This document shows positions 40,178 through 50,842 of a DNA stretch of 64,000 bases, one piece after another. Where the stretch lies: positions 32,199-96,198 of the forward strand of contig CAMTVD010000009.1 in NCBI GenBank assembly GCA_947085095.1. The letters are read 5' to 3'. Under the pieces are notes generated by a model, which was given only the letters and a program-made list of their open reading frames with translations, searched no databases and was not told the DNA's origin. Position 1 is the stretch's first letter. Every line of letters begins with the position of its first letter. Both the position numbers and the translations under genes were made by a program. This DNA comes from an uncultured Thermus sp. Lineage in GTDB: Bacteria; Deinococcota; Deinococci; Deinococcales; Thermaceae.

Positions 40178-41323
40178 ATGGTGCGAAAACTCCTCGCGGT
40201 AGCGCTTCTCGCTCTCGGTGTGGCACTGGCCCAAGGCTTCAGGGGCCTCTCCCTGGGCACCCCCTATCCCGAGATGGGGGTCCAGCCCGGGGAGAGCGTG
40301 AGCCTGACCCTCGTGGTGAAGAACCACGGGCTTCCCCCCGGGGTGGTCCGCCTCACCCTGGCCGAGGTTCCCCCGGGCTGGCAGGCCAGCCTCATGGGAG
40401 GTGGCCGGCTGGTGCGGGCGGTCCACCTAGCCCCCGACGGGGAGGCCACCCTCACCCTGAAGCTCCAACCCCCTAAGGAGGTGAGGCCCGGCACCTACCG
40501 CTTCCTGGTACGGGCCGAGGGCCTGGGGCAAACCGCGAACCTCCCCATAAGCCTGGTGGTGGGCCAGGGCCTGCCCCAGCGCCTCACCCTGGAGGCCGAG
40601 CTCCCCATCCTCAAAGGCCCCCCCACCAGCTCCTTCCGCTACCGGGTCACCCTGAGGAACGAGTCTGACCGGGACCTCCTGGTTTCCCTGGAATACGAGG
40701 CCCCCAAGGGATTCCAGGTCACCTTCACCCCCGCCTTCGGCGCGCAACAGGTGACGAGCCTGCCCATCAAGGCCGGGGAGAGCAAGGACCTGGACGTGGA
40801 GGTCTCCCTGCCCAAGGAAACCAAGGCGGACACCTACGCCCTCACCCTGAGGGCCCTGGCTGGGGAGGCGAAGGCGGAGCTGCCCCTGACCCTCGAGGTC
40901 ACTGGACGCCCCGAGGTCCGCTTCGCCACCAAGGAGGGGCGGCTTTCCGGCCAGGTCACGGCGGGGCGGGAGAACCCGGTGAAGCTTTTGGTGAAGAACG
41001 AGGGGAGCGCCCCCGCCAAGAACCTCTCCTTCAGCGCCATGGAGCCCTCGGGCTGGGAGGTGAAGTTTGAGCCGGAGAAGATAGACCTCCTGGAGCCCGG
41101 CAAGGAGGAGGAGGTCACCGCCCGCATCAAGCCCTCCCCCAAGGCGGTCACCGGGGACTACATGGTGACCCTCTCCCTGCGGGGGGATGAGGGCATCTCC
41201 GAGAGCCTGGACTTTAGGGCCACGGTGGTGCGCTCCACCCTCTGGGGCCTGGTAGGCGTGGGGCTCATGGCCGCGGCCCTCCTGGTCCTGGGCTTCGCCG
41301 TGAACCGCTTCGGCCGGAGGTAG
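40178..41323 (+). CDS. Membrane-anchored protein with repeated Ig-like (NEW3-like) domains, ABC-associated
   Basis: Signal peptide, three Ig-like repeats (V.N.G...P.GW...L.PGE...GDY), C-terminal TM helix. Confidence 0.78.
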   Translation: MVRKLLAVALLALGVALAQGFRGLSLGTPYPEMGVQPGESVSLTLVVKNHGLPPGVVRLTLAEVPPGWQASLMGGGRLVRAVHLAPDGEATLTLKLQPPKEVRPGTYRFLVRAEGLGQTANLPISLVVGQGLPQRLTLEAELPILKGPPTSSFRYRVTLRNESDRDLLVSLEYEAPKGFQVTFTPAFGAQQVTSLPIKAGESKDLDVEVSLPKETKADTYALTLRALAGEAKAELPLTLEVTGRPEVRFATKEGRLSGQVTAGRENPVKLLVKNEGSAPAKNLSFSAMEPSGWEVKFEPEKIDLLEPGKEEEVTARIKPSPKAVTGDYMVTLSLRGDEGISESLDFRATVVRSTLWGLVGVGLMAAALLVLGFAVNRFGRR

Positions 41324-41326
41324 CCC

Positions 41327-42250
41327 ATGGCGGTCATCGTGACCCGGGGCCTCACCAAGCGCTACGGGCGCGTGGTGGCGGTGGAGGACCTCAACCTGGA
41401 GGTGGCGGAAGGGGAGGTCTTCGGCCTCCTGGGCCCCAACGGCTCCGGCAAAACCACCACCATCCTCATGCTCCTGGGCCTCACCGAGCCCACCTCCGGG
41501 GAGGCCCGGGTGCTGGGCCTGGACCCCATGCGGGAACCCCTGAAGGTGAAGGCCAAGGTGGGCTACCTCCCCGACCAGGTGGGTTTTTATGGCGAACTCA
41601 CCGCTTGGGAGAACCTGCGCTACACCACCAGGCTTTTGGGCCTTCCCGAGGCCGAGGCCAAGGCCCGTATGGAGGAGGTCCTTAGGCGCATGGGGCTCTG
41701 GGAGGTGAAAGACCGCCGGGTTTCCGCCTTCAGCCGGGGGATGCGCCAGCGCCTGGGCCTGGCGGAGGTGCTCCTCAAGAGGCCCAAGGTGGCCATCCTG
41801 GACGAGCCCACCCTGGGCCTGGACCCGGAGGCCGCCCGGGAGTTCTTGGGGCTCATCAAGGGCCTAAAAGCGGAGGGGATCACCGTCCTCCTCTCCAGCC
41901 ACCTCCTCCACCAGGTGCAGGAGATCTGCGACCGGGTGGGGCTCTTCCACAAGGGGCGCCTGGCCCTTTTGGGCACGGTGGAGGAGCTTTCCGCCCGGGT
42001 TTTGGGCGGGGGGTACGAGGTCCTGGTGGAGGCGAGCCCGGGCCTAAAGGATGCCTTCCAGGCCGTGGAAGGGGTGAGCCGGGTAGAGGGGGAGGGGGGC
42101 CGTTACCGGGTGTTCGCCACCCGGGACGTGCGCCAGGAACTCGCCCGCGTGGCGGTGGAACACGGGGGGCTTTGGGGCCTAGCCCTGCGGCGGCCCAGCC
42201 TGGACGAGGTTTACGCCCACTACTTCAAGGAGGTGGCCCATGCGGCGTGA
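41327..42250 (+). CDS. ABC-2 type transporter ATP-binding protein
   Basis: [26 protein letters not shown]. Confidence 0.93.
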   Translation: MAVIVTRGLTKRYGRVVAVEDLNLEVAEGEVFGLLGPNGSGKTTTILMLLGLTEPTSGEARVLGLDPMREPLKVKAKVGYLPDQVGFYGELTAWENLRYTTRLLGLPEAEAKARMEEVLRRMGLWEVKDRRVSAFSRGMRQRLGLAEVLLKRPKVAILDEPTLGLDPEAAREFLGLIKGLKAEGITVLLSSHLLHQVQEICDRVGLFHKGRLALLGTVEELSARVLGGGYEVLVEASPGLKDAFQAVEGVSRVEGEGGRYRVFATRDVRQELARVAVEHGGLWGLALRRPSLDEVYAHYFKEVAHAA

Positions 42251-43196
42251 GGGTTCTCCCTGGACCGGGCTCTGGGCGGTCTTCTTCAAGGAGATGGCCG
42301 ACCACCTCTCGGGGCTCAGGATGCGGATCCTCGAGGGCCTCATCCTCCTTTCCGCCCTGGCCGCCGTCTACACCGGCACCCAGACCCTGCGCCAGACCGT
42401 GGGGGAGGACCCTTACCTCTACCTCAAGCTCCTCACCACCGCCCAGGACCCCCTCCCCTCCTTCGTGGGCTTCCTCTCCTTCTTTGTACCCTTGGCGGCC
42501 ATCGCCCTGGCCTTTGATGCGGTGAACGGGGAGTACGCCCGGGGCACCCTCTCCCGGGTCCTCTCCCAGCCCATTTACCGGGACGCCCTCCTTTTCGGCA
42601 AGTTCCTGGCGGGGCTTGGCACCATGAGCGTTCTCCTCCTGGCCCTGCTGCTCCTGGTGCTGGGCCTGGGCCTCTTCACCCTGGGCGTGCCCCCTGGGGG
42701 GGAGGAGGTGGCCCGCATCCTCTTCTTCCTCCTGGCCACCCTGGCCTACGCCGGGGTCTGGCTGGCCCTGGGCCTCCTCTTCTCCGTCCTCTTCCGTCAG
42801 CCCGCCACCGCCGCCTTGGCGTCCATCGGGGTCTGGCTCTTCTTCGCCGTCTTCTTCCCCATCCTCACCGACCTGGCCGCCACTGCCCTCCTCCTCCAGG
42901 CCGACCCCTTAGACCCGGAAAGCCAGCTCCGCCAGGCCAACCTGGCCCTATGGTTTTCCCGCCTCTCCCCCAACACCCTCTTTGCCGAGGCCCTCACCGC
43001 CATCCTGAACCCGGCGGTGCGCTCCCTGGGCCCCATCCTCATCACCCAGCTGGAGGGGGCGGTCCTGGGCACGCCCCTGCCCCTAGGCCAGAGCCTCCTC
43101 CTCATCTGGCCCCAGCTCACGGGCCTCTTCGCCCTGGCGGTCCTCCTCTTCACCCTGGCCTATGTGGCCTTCCAGCGCCAAGAGGTGAGGGCCTAG
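42240..43196 (+). CDS. ABC-2 type transporter permease
   Basis: [23 protein letters not shown], multiple TM helices. Confidence 0.9.
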   Translation: MRREGSPWTGLWAVFFKEMADHLSGLRMRILEGLILLSALAAVYTGTQTLRQTVGEDPYLYLKLLTTAQDPLPSFVGFLSFFVPLAAIALAFDAVNGEYARGTLSRVLSQPIYRDALLFGKFLAGLGTMSVLLLALLLLVLGLGLFTLGVPPGGEEVARILFFLLATLAYAGVWLALGLLFSVLFRQPATAALASIGVWLFFAVFFPILTDLAATALLLQADPLDPESQLRQANLALWFSRLSPNTLFAEALTAILNPAVRSLGPILITQLEGAVLGTPLPLGQSLLLIWPQLTGLFALAVLLFTLAYVAFQRQEVRA

Positions 43197-43208
43197 GTCC
43201 TGGTCCTC

Positions 43209-43235
43209 AAGGCCCCCGCTGCGGCGGGGGCCTTT
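43209..43235 (+). terminator. Intrinsic terminator
   Basis: AAGGCCCCCGC-TGCG-GCGGGGGCCTTT. Confidence 0.7.
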
Positions 43236-43353
43236 CCTGGCTAAACCTGGGCTTGGCCAGCCTTCCTCGGAAACAGGGTAAAGCCCCCCTCCACCCCCCA
43301 CCAGCGGGGGAAGGGAAAACACACCCAGATCAGGCGCCTTGGGGCACGGATGC

Positions 43354-43722
43354 TTAGTCCAGCCACTCCGTGGCGTAGGCGCTGGTCTTGGGGATGATGC
43401 AGAGGAACTCCACCGGCTCCTCGCCCTCGTTCACGTAGGCGTGGGGGGTTTCCGGGGGAATGAACACCGACTGCCCCGCGGCAACCTCCCGCACCTCGTC
43501 GCCCAAAAGGACCTTCATGCGCCCGGAGAGCACGTACTGCTCGTGCTCAATGGTGGGGTGCTTGTGCTTGGGGATCCGCCCCCCGGGCAGGAGGGTGAAC
43601 TTGCGGAGGATGAAGTGGGGGGCCCCGTCCTCGGGACCGATGAGCACCTGGATGAAGGCCTTCTCCCCCCGTTCCACGGGGCGGGCCTCGAGGCTCGCCA
43701 CCTGCTTGACCACGGGCTTCAT
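43354..43722 (-). CDS. Cupin-domain protein
   Basis: HKHPTIEHEQYVLSG, FIP..TPHAYVN; ATGA overlap with the upstream gene. Confidence 0.88.
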   Translation of the reverse strand: MKPVVKQVASLEARPVERGEKAFIQVLIGPEDGAPHFILRKFTLLPGGRIPKHKHPTIEHEQYVLSGRMKVLLGDEVREVAAGQSVFIPPETPHAYVNEGEEPVEFLCIIPKTSAYATEWLD

Positions 43723-44345
43723 GCCGCCCATTGTAGCAGAAGGGCCTCCACGTCCTCGTCCGTCACCTCGCCGAAGTCCATGTAGTAGGCTCCCACCGCG
43801 GCAAAGTCGGGAGGGGTAGAAAGGGCCAGAGCCTCCGCCCTCTCCTTTAGCCTCTCCATCGCCTCGGGGCTGGCCACGGGCACGGCCACCACCACCCTCC
43901 TGGGCTCCTCGGCAAGGACCACGCTTAGAGCCGCCTCCACCGTGGCCCCGGTGGCGATGCCATCGTCCACCAGGACCACGTCCCGGCCCTTCAGTGAAAC
44001 CTTGGGCCGGACCTTCCGGTAGCGCTCCGCCCGCTTGCGGATCACCTCCCTCTGCCGGGCCGCCTCCCGCTCCAGGTAGCTTTGGTCCGCATACTGTAAG
44101 GCGTAGGGCTTGAGGACCAGCTCCCCCCTTTCCCCCACCGCCCCCAGGGCGAACTCCGGGTTGCCGGGGGCCCCCACCTTGCGCACCAGGACCACGTCCA
44201 GCTCCCCCCCCAGCCTCCTGGCCACCTCGTCCGCCACCACCACCCCACCCCGGGGAATCCCCAGGACCACGGGACGCTCCAAGCCCAGGGGCTTTAGGGC
44301 CTCGGAAAGAAGGGCACCGGCATGCCGACGATCGCGGAAGCGCAT
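43719..44345 (-). CDS. Phosphoribosyltransferase family protein
   Basis: FRDRRHAG, PRGGV, VLVDDGIATGAT PRPP motif. Confidence 0.9.
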   Translation of the reverse strand: MRFRDRRHAGALLSEALKPLGLERPVVLGIPRGGVVVADEVARRLGGELDVVLVRKVGAPGNPEFALGAVGERGELVLKPYALQYADQSYLEREAARQREVIRKRAERYRKVRPKVSLKGRDVVLVDDGIATGATVEAALSVVLAEEPRRVVVAVPVASPEAMERLKERAEALALSTPPDFAAVGAYYMDFGEVTDEDVEALLLQWAA

Positions 44346-44424
44346 GGAAAACCTCCTCCTCCATGCTACACCCTGGAGGTCTTGAACTCGGTATAAGGCT
44401 TTGGTAGCGTGAGGAGGAAGGAGG

Positions 44425-46104
44425 ATGTCTATGACAAGCCCTAAACCCTGGCTGGCCCACTACGATCCCGGCGTGCCCCACGAGGTGGAGGTCCCCCCCA
44501 TTCCCCTATGGCGCTTCCTGGAGGACAGCGCCCGCCGCTTCCCCAACCAAGTGGCCCTCGAGTTCCTGGGGAAGACCCTGACCTACCAGGAACTCTGGGA
44601 CAAGTCCCGACGCTTTGCCCAAGGGCTTAGAGAGCTGGGGGTAAAGCCCGGGGACCGGGTGGCCATCATGCTCCCCAACACCCCCCAGTTCGTCATCGCC
44701 TTCTTCGGCACCCTGATGGCGGGGGGCGTGGGGGTGAACGTCAACCCCCTTTACACCCCCCGGGAGCTAAGGCACCAGCTCCAGGACGCCGGGGCCGAAA
44801 CCCTCGTCATCCTGGACCACCTCCTGCCCCGCTTCCTGGAAGTGGAACGGGAGACCCCGGTGAAACGGGTGGTGGTCACGGGGATCAAGGACTTCCTCCC
44901 CTTCCCCAAGAACCTCCTCTACCCCCTGAAGGCCAAGAAGGACAAGCTCCCCCTGGGCTTCCCCAAGCGGGAGGGCTTTTACGCCTTCCAAAGCCTCCTC
45001 CAGCATCCCCCCGCCACCCCCCACGCCTCGGACCCGGAGGACCTGGCCCTCCTCCAGTACACCGGGGGCACCACGGGCATCTCCAAGGGGGCCATGCTGA
45101 CCCACAGGAACCTGGTGGCCAACGTCCTGCAGATCGACGCCTGGGACTCCACCGCCAAGGACCTTTTGGGCAAGGGGGTCATGCTGGGGGCCCTCCCCTT
45201 CTTCCACGTCTACGGCATGACCGTGGCCATGAACTACGGCATCTTCGCGGGCTACAAGATCGTCCTCCTGCCCAGGCCCGAGATCGGCCCCATCGTGGAG
45301 GCCATTGAGAAGCACGGGGTGACCCACTTCCCCGGGGTTCCCACCCTCTACGTGGCCTTCAACAACTTCCCCGGGATTGAGAAGCGGAACGTGAAGAGCA
45401 TCCGCATCTGCCTCTCGGGGGCCGCGCCCCTGCCCGTGGAGGTGGCCAAGCGCTTTGAGGAGATCACCGGGGCCAGGCTCCTCGAGGGCTACGGCCTCTC
45501 CGAGGCCAGCCCCGTGACCCACTCCAACCCCGTGCTGGGGCCCATCAAGAAGGGCTCCATTGGCATGCCCCTGCCCAGCGTGGAGGCCAAGGTGGTGGAC
45601 GAGGAGGGCAAGGAGGTGCCCCTGGGCGAGGTGGGCGAGCTCATCGTCAAGGGCCCCAACATCATGAAGGGCTACTGGAACCGCCCGGAGGAAACCCAAA
45701 AGGCCCTCAAGGACGGCTGGCTCTTCACCGGCGACCTGGCCCGCATGGACGAGGACGGCTACTTCTACATCGTGGACCGCAAAAAGGACATGATCATCGC
45801 CGGCGGGTACAACATCTACCCCCGCGAGGTGGAAGAGGTCCTCTACCAGCACGAGGCCGTCCAGGAGGCCGCCGTGGTGGGCGTCCCCGACCCCTACCGT
45901 GGGGAAACGGTGGCCGCTTTCATCGTCCTCAAAGGGGACTACCGGGGCAAGGTCACGGAAAAGGACATAGAGGCCTTCTGCCGGGAAAACCTCGCCGCCT
46001 ACAAGGTGCCCCGCATCATCCAGTTCCGGGATAGCCTCCCCAAGTCCAGCGTGGGCAAGATCCTGAGGCGGGAGCTCAGGGACGAGTTCACCAAGAAGGC
46101 CTAG
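44425..46104 (+). CDS. Long-chain-fatty-acid--CoA ligase
   Basis: YTGGTTGISKG, EGYGLSE, TGD, DRKKDMI, YKVP. Confidence 0.93.
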   Translation: MSMTSPKPWLAHYDPGVPHEVEVPPIPLWRFLEDSARRFPNQVALEFLGKTLTYQELWDKSRRFAQGLRELGVKPGDRVAIMLPNTPQFVIAFFGTLMAGGVGVNVNPLYTPRELRHQLQDAGAETLVILDHLLPRFLEVERETPVKRVVVTGIKDFLPFPKNLLYPLKAKKDKLPLGFPKREGFYAFQSLLQHPPATPHASDPEDLALLQYTGGTTGISKGAMLTHRNLVANVLQIDAWDSTAKDLLGKGVMLGALPFFHVYGMTVAMNYGIFAGYKIVLLPRPEIGPIVEAIEKHGVTHFPGVPTLYVAFNNFPGIEKRNVKSIRICLSGAAPLPVEVAKRFEEITGARLLEGYGLSEASPVTHSNPVLGPIKKGSIGMPLPSVEAKVVDEEGKEVPLGEVGELIVKGPNIMKGYWNRPEETQKALKDGWLFTGDLARMDEDGYFYIVDRKKDMIIAGGYNIYPREVEEVLYQHEAVQEAAVVGVPDPYRGETVAAFIVLKGDYRGKVTEKDIEAFCRENLAAYKVPRIIQFRDSLPKSSVGKILRRELRDEFTKKA

Positions 46105-47219
46105 GCCCGGGCACGGCGCACCGCTTCCCGGAAGACCTGGATGGCCCGGTCCACCTCCTCCTCCCGGGTAAACCGCCCCAGGGAGAAGCGCAAGGAGGCC
46201 CGGGCCTCCTCCCGGGAGCGGCCGAGGGCCAGGAGGACGTGGGAGGGCTCGAGGCTCCCCGCGGAACAGGCGGACCCCGAGGAGACCGCCACCCCCAGGA
46301 GGTCCATGGCGAGGAGCAACGCCTCCCCGTCCGCCCCCTTCACCGTCACGTTCACCAGCTTGGGCAGGCGCTTCTCCGGGTGGCCGTTCAGCTCCACTCC
46401 TTCCACGGAGAGAAGCCCCGCCTCCAGGCGCCTCCTCAAGGCGAGGAGCCTTTCGCTCTCCTCGGGGAGGAGCCTCAAGGCCTTCTCCAGGGCCACCGCC
46501 AAGCCGTGGGCCAGGAGGGGGCTTGGCGTCCCTCCCCGCCTCCCCCCTTCCTGCTTCCCCGGGACCAGGGGGAAAAGCTCCACCCCCTGGCGCACCAGAA
46601 GGGCCCCGATCCCCTTGGGCCCGTAGAACTTGTGGGCGCTTAAGGAGACCAGGTCCGCCCCCACCTCCTCCACGCGGAAGGGCACCTGGCCTATGGCCTG
46701 CACCGCGTCCGTGTGGAAGAGGGCCCCATGGGCGTGGGCCACCTCCGCCATGGCCCGGATGGGGTAGAGGTTCCCGAGCTCGTTGTTGGCGGCCATGACG
46801 CTCACCAGGAAGGTGTCGGGGCGGAGGGCCTCCGCCAGCTGCTCCGGGTAGACCATGCCCAGGGGGTCAGGCTTGAGGTAGGTCACGGCGAAACCCAGCC
46901 CCTCCAAAAGCCTCAAGGCCCCCATAAGGGCGGCGTGCTCCACCGTCGTGCTCACCACGTGGCCCCTACCCCGGGCCAGGGCCACCCCCAGGAGGGCCAG
47001 GGCGTCCGCCTCCGAGCCCGAGGCGGTGAAGACCACCTCCCGGGGGCGCACCCCCAGGAGGTAGGCCACCCTTTCCCGGGCCCCCTCCAGGACCCTCCTC
47101 GCTTCCTGGCCGAAGCGGTGGATGCTAGAGGGGTTACCGAAGACCCCCTCCACCTGGCGCATGGCCTCCAGGACCTCGGGGTCCAGGGGGGTGGTGGCGG
47201 CGTAGTCCAGGTAGACCAT
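46101..47219 (-). CDS. iscS: Cysteine desulfurase (IscS/NifS family)
   Basis: YLDYAATTP, HTDAVQ, SAHKFYGPKG, SSGSAC. Confidence 0.92.
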   Translation of the reverse strand: MVYLDYAATTPLDPEVLEAMRQVEGVFGNPSSIHRFGQEARRVLEGARERVAYLLGVRPREVVFTASGSEADALALLGVALARGRGHVVSTTVEHAALMGALRLLEGLGFAVTYLKPDPLGMVYPEQLAEALRPDTFLVSVMAANNELGNLYPIRAMAEVAHAHGALFHTDAVQAIGQVPFRVEEVGADLVSLSAHKFYGPKGIGALLVRQGVELFPLVPGKQEGGRRGGTPSPLLAHGLAVALEKALRLLPEESERLLALRRRLEAGLLSVEGVELNGHPEKRLPKLVNVTVKGADGEALLLAMDLLGVAVSSGSACSAGSLEPSHVLLALGRSREEARASLRFSLGRFTREEEVDRAIQVFREAVRRARA

Positions 47220-47665
47220 CAGCTTGCGGCCTCTAGCTGGATGAGGCGCTTGGCCTCAATGAGCTTCCGCTCCTCAATGAGGTCCTGCAAGGTGGTCCCC
47301 CCCAGGACCTGGCGCATGGCCAGGTCCACCCGCTTCCAGAGGAGCTCCGTGGAGCACTGGCCCACCTTGGCGCAGGACTCCGGGTCCTCAATGCAGGACA
47401 CGGGGGCCAGACTCCCCTCCAGGGCCTCCACCACCTCGAGGGCCGTCACCCTCTCCGGGAGCCGGGCCAGGCGGTACCCCCCCTTGGCCCCCCGCACGGA
47501 GCGGATGAACCCGGCCCGGCGCAGCTGGGCGGCGATCTGCTCCAGGTAGTGCTGGCTGATGCCCTGGGCCTCGGCCACCTCCTTAAGGGGAACGGCCTCG
47601 GGAGCGCGGAGGCCGATCTCCACCAGGGCCCTCAGGCCGTACTGGGCCTTCGTGGAAACCCACAT
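47219..47665 (-). CDS. Rrf2 family transcriptional regulator (IscR-like, three Cys)
   Basis: YLEQI, SVRGAKGGYRL, C-x6-C-x5-C. Confidence 0.9.
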   Translation of the reverse strand: MWVSTKAQYGLRALVEIGLRAPEAVPLKEVAEAQGISQHYLEQIAAQLRRAGFIRSVRGAKGGYRLARLPERVTALEVVEALEGSLAPVSCIEDPESCAKVGQCSTELLWKRVDLAMRQVLGGTTLQDLIEERKLIEAKRLIQLEAAS

Positions 47666-47680
47666 GCCCCCAGTATACTC

Positions 47681-48487
47681 CTATTTCCCGCCCGAGAATC
47701 CGGCTTTTACCAGGGCCAGGCCAAAGAGGAAGGCCTGAAAGAGGACCACGCTAGCCCCGCTGGGCCAGTCCAGAAGGAAGGAGAGGAAGAGCCCCCCCAG
47801 GGTGGAAAGGACGGCGAGGAAGAGGGAAAGCAGGGTCATCCCGGCGAAGGTGCGGGCCATGAGCCTCGCCGCCGCCCCCGGGATGACCAGGAAGGCCGCC
47901 ACCAGGAGGAGGCCCACCACCTTGACCGCCAGGACCAGGCTCACCGCCAAAAAGCCCGAGAGCAGGTAGTCGTGGAGGACCACGGGCACCCGGTCCGCCA
48001 GGGCCAGCTCCCGGTCCAGGGTGGCGTAGGCCACAGGGCCCCAAAGGGGGAGGAAAATAAAGGCCATCAAGGTCAGGAAGCCCACCGCCAGGAGGTCCAA
48101 AGGCCCCACCGCCAAGAGGGAGCCGAAGAGGTAGCCCATGGCGTCCCCCACATACCCCCTGGCCTTGGCCAAGAAGATGGCCCCCAGGGCCACGGAGAGG
48201 GCGAAGAAGACCCCGATGGCGGTGTCCTCGGAAAGCTGGGTGCGCTCCTTCACGAAGGTGATGGCCATGGCCACCAGAAAGGTGAAGGGGAGGGCGAACC
48301 ACAAGGGCTCCCCCCGGAGGAATAGCCCCAGGGCCACCCCAGCGAAAGCGGCGTGGGCCAGCCCGTCCCCCAGGAAGGAGAGCCGCCTCTGCACCACCAA
48401 GGGAGAAAGGAATCCGGAAAGGAGGGCCACCAAGAGCCCCGCCAAAAGGGCCCGCTGGAAGAAGGGGTAGCTCAGGGCCTCAGCCAC
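47681..48487 (-). CDS. Zn/Mn ABC transporter permease
   Basis: FLGDGLAHAAFAG, YLFGS, VGLLLV; GTG 48487 follows GGAGG. Confidence 0.9.
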   Translation of the reverse strand: MAEALSYPFFQRALLAGLLVALLSGFLSPLVVQRRLSFLGDGLAHAAFAGVALGLFLRGEPLWFALPFTFLVAMAITFVKERTQLSEDTAIGVFFALSVALGAIFLAKARGYVGDAMGYLFGSLLAVGPLDLLAVGFLTLMAFIFLPLWGPVAYATLDRELALADRVPVVLHDYLLSGFLAVSLVLAVKVVGLLLVAAFLVIPGAAARLMARTFAGMTLLSLFLAVLSTLGGLFLSFLLDWPSGASVVLFQAFLFGLALVKAGFSGGK

Positions 48488-49220
48488 GGCTTCCCTCCAC
48501 AAAGAGGCCGTGGGCGTGGCCCACGTGGCCGAAGGCCTGGCGCAGGCAGGCCTCGGAGAGGGCCCTTTCGGGGGGGCCGAAGCCCACCACCTTGCGGTTC
48601 AAGACCAGGACGTGGGTGGCGTGGTGGGCCGCCTCCCAGTCGTGGGTGATCATGAGCACCGCGGCCCCCGAAGCCTTCTGGTAATCTTCCAGATAGTGGT
48701 AGAGGTCCGCCTCCCCCACCCGGTCCACCCCGGTGGCGGGCTCGTCCAGGAGGAGGAGGCGGGGCCTACGGATCAGGGCCCGGGCCAAATAGACCCGCTG
48801 GAGCTGGCCCCCGGATAGCCGCCCTAAGGGTCTTTCCGCCAGGTCCTCCGCCCCCACCCGCTTTAGGACCTTTCGGGCCTCCTCCCGCTCGGCGGGGCTA
48901 ATCCGGAAGGGCCAGCGCCGCCTGAGCCCCGTGAGGACCAGCTCCAGGGCCAAGGCGGGAAAGGAGCGGTCAAAGGTCTTGATCTGGGGCACGTAGCCGA
49001 ACCACATGGGGTCCGCCTGGGCCAGAGGAAGACCAAAGGCCCGCACCTCACCGAGAAAAGGGATGAGGCCCAGCACCGCCTTTAAAAGGGTGCTCTTCCC
49101 CGCCCCGTTGGGCCCCACGATGGCCACGAAGGCCCCCTCGGGCACGGAAAGGCTCACCCCCTCGAGGGCCCAAAACTCCCCAAAGCGCACCGAGAGGTCC
49201 TGGATCTCCAGGGCGGACAC
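48480..49220 (-). CDS. Zn/Mn ABC transporter ATP-binding protein
   Basis: [26 protein letters not shown], His-rich tail. Confidence 0.92.
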   Translation of the reverse strand: MSALEIQDLSVRFGEFWALEGVSLSVPEGAFVAIVGPNGAGKSTLLKAVLGLIPFLGEVRAFGLPLAQADPMWFGYVPQIKTFDRSFPALALELVLTGLRRRWPFRISPAEREEARKVLKRVGAEDLAERPLGRLSGGQLQRVYLARALIRRPRLLLLDEPATGVDRVGEADLYHYLEDYQKASGAAVLMITHDWEAAHHATHVLVLNRKVVGFGPPERALSEACLRQAFGHVGHAHGLFVEGSRG

Positions 49221-49307
49221 GCCCCTGATGGTACTGCGTTCTCAATATCCCGTCAAGGCAGGGGATGTTCGGGAGAAGGCGTGATAAAATCCCCCCGGGA
49301 GGTTCGC

Positions 49308-49550
49308 ATGAGCGAGCAGGAAATCTTTGAAAAGGTGAGGGCGGTTATCGCGGACAAGCTCCAGGTGGAACCGGAGAAGGTGACCCTCGAGGCCCGCTTC
49401 ATTGAGGACCTGGGGGCGGACAGTCTGGACACCGTGGAGCTCATCATGGGCCTGGAGGACGAGTTCGGCCTGGAGATCTCCGACGAGGAGGCGGAGAAGA
49501 TCCGCACCGTGAAGGACGCCGTGGCCTACATCAAGGCCAAGCTGGGCTAA
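49308..49550 (+). CDS. acpP: Acyl carrier protein
   Basis: [19 protein letters not shown]. Confidence 0.96.
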   Translation: MSEQEIFEKVRAVIADKLQVEPEKVTLEARFIEDLGADSLDTVELIMGLEDEFGLEISDEEAEKIRTVKDAVAYIKAKLG

Positions 49551-49615
49551 ACGGGGTCCATTCCGGCCGGGCGGGCTTCCCGTCCGGCCTTTCGCCTTCG
49601 GGGTATACTACCCCC

Positions 49616-50842
49616 ATGCGACGCGTGGTCATCACCGGCCTTGGGGCCCTCACCCCCATCGGGGTGGGGCAGGAGGCCTTTCACCAGGCCCAGCTTGCGG
49701 GGAAGAGCGGGGTTCGCCCCGTCACCCGCTTTGACGCCTCCTCCCTTCCGGTGCGCATCGCCGCCGAGGTGGAGGTGAACCCCGAGGAGTACTTGGACAA
49801 AAAGGAGCTCCGCCGCCTGGACCGCTTCGTCCAGTACGCCTTGATCGCCGCCGAGCTGGCCCTGAAGGATTCCGGGCTGGAGCTGGAGGCGGTGGACCCC
49901 AGGCGGGTGGGCACCCTGGTGGGCACGGGCATCGGGGGGATGGAGACCTGGGAGGCCCAGAGCAAGGTCTTCCTGGAAAGGGGGCCGGGCCGCATCAGCC
50001 CCTTCTTCATCCCCATGATGATCGCCAACATGGCCTCGGCCCACATCGCCATGCGCTACGGCTTCCAGGGGCCCTCCTCCACCGCCGTCACCGCCTGCGC
50101 CACGGGCTCGGATGCCCTGGGGAGCGCCATGCGCATGATCCAGCTGGGGGAGGCGGACCTGGTCCTGGCCGGGGGGACGGAGGCCGCCATCACCCCCATG
50201 GCCATGGGGGCCTTCGCGGTGATGCGGGCCCTCTCCACCAGGAACGAGGAGCCCGAGAAGGCCAGCCGCCCCTTCACCCGCTCCCGGGACGGGTTCGTCA
50301 TGGGGGAGGGGGCGGGGGTGCTGGTCCTGGAGGACTACGAGCACGCGAGGAGGCGGGGGGCGAGGATCTACGCGGAACTCCTGGGCTTTGGCCGGAGCGC
50401 CGACGCCCACCACATCACCGAGCCCCACCCTGAGGGCCTGGGGGCGGCCTTGGCCATGGAGAGGGCCCTAAAGGATGCCCGGGTGGCGCCGGAAGAGGTG
50501 GGCTACATCAACGCCCATGGCACCTCCACCCCCGTGGGGGACCGGGCGGAGGTCCTGGCCATCAAGCGGGTCTTCGGGGAGCAGGCCAAGCGGCTCATGG
50601 TCTCCAGCACCAAGAGCATGGTCGGCCACCTCCTGGGGGCCGCGGGGGCGGTGGAGGCCATCGCCACCGTCCAGGCCCTCTACCACGGGGTCATCCCCCC
50701 CACCATCAACCTCGAGGACCCTGACCCCGAGCTGGACCTGGACTTCGTCCCCGAGCCCCGGGAGGCCCGGGTGGACTACGCCCTCTCCAACTCCTTCGCC
50801 TTCGGGGGGCAGAACGCCGTTTTGCTCTTCAAGCGGGTCTAG
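49616..50842 (+). CDS. fabF: 3-oxoacyl-ACP synthase II
   Basis: [33 protein letters not shown]. Confidence 0.95.
   Translation: MRRVVITGLGALTPIGVGQEAFHQAQLAGKSGVRPVTRFDASSLPVRIAAEVEVNPEEYLDKKELRRLDRFVQYALIAAELALKDSGLELEAVDPRRVGTLVGTGIGGMETWEAQSKVFLERGPGRISPFFIPMMIANMASAHIAMRYGFQGPSSTAVTACATGSDALGSAMRMIQLGEADLVLAGGTEAAITPMAMGAFAVMRALSTRNEEPEKASRPFTRSRDGFVMGEGAGVLVLEDYEHARRRGARIYAELLGFGRSADAHHITEPHPEGLGAALAMERALKDARVAPEEVGYINAHGTSTPVGDRAEVLAIKRVFGEQAKRLMVSSTKSMVGHLLGAAGAVEAIATVQALYHGVIPPTINLEDPDPELDLDFVPEPREARVDYALSNSFAFGGQNAVLLFKRV

Noticed and set aside
43236..43353. Unexplained intergenic stretch with a short CCCCC/GGGGG inverted repeat
   Set aside because: No supportable ORF, RNA motif or second copy in the window.
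47681..49220. Metal ABC transporter lacking a substrate-binding gene
   Set aside because: Binding proteins are often encoded elsewhere; this cannot be judged from the window.
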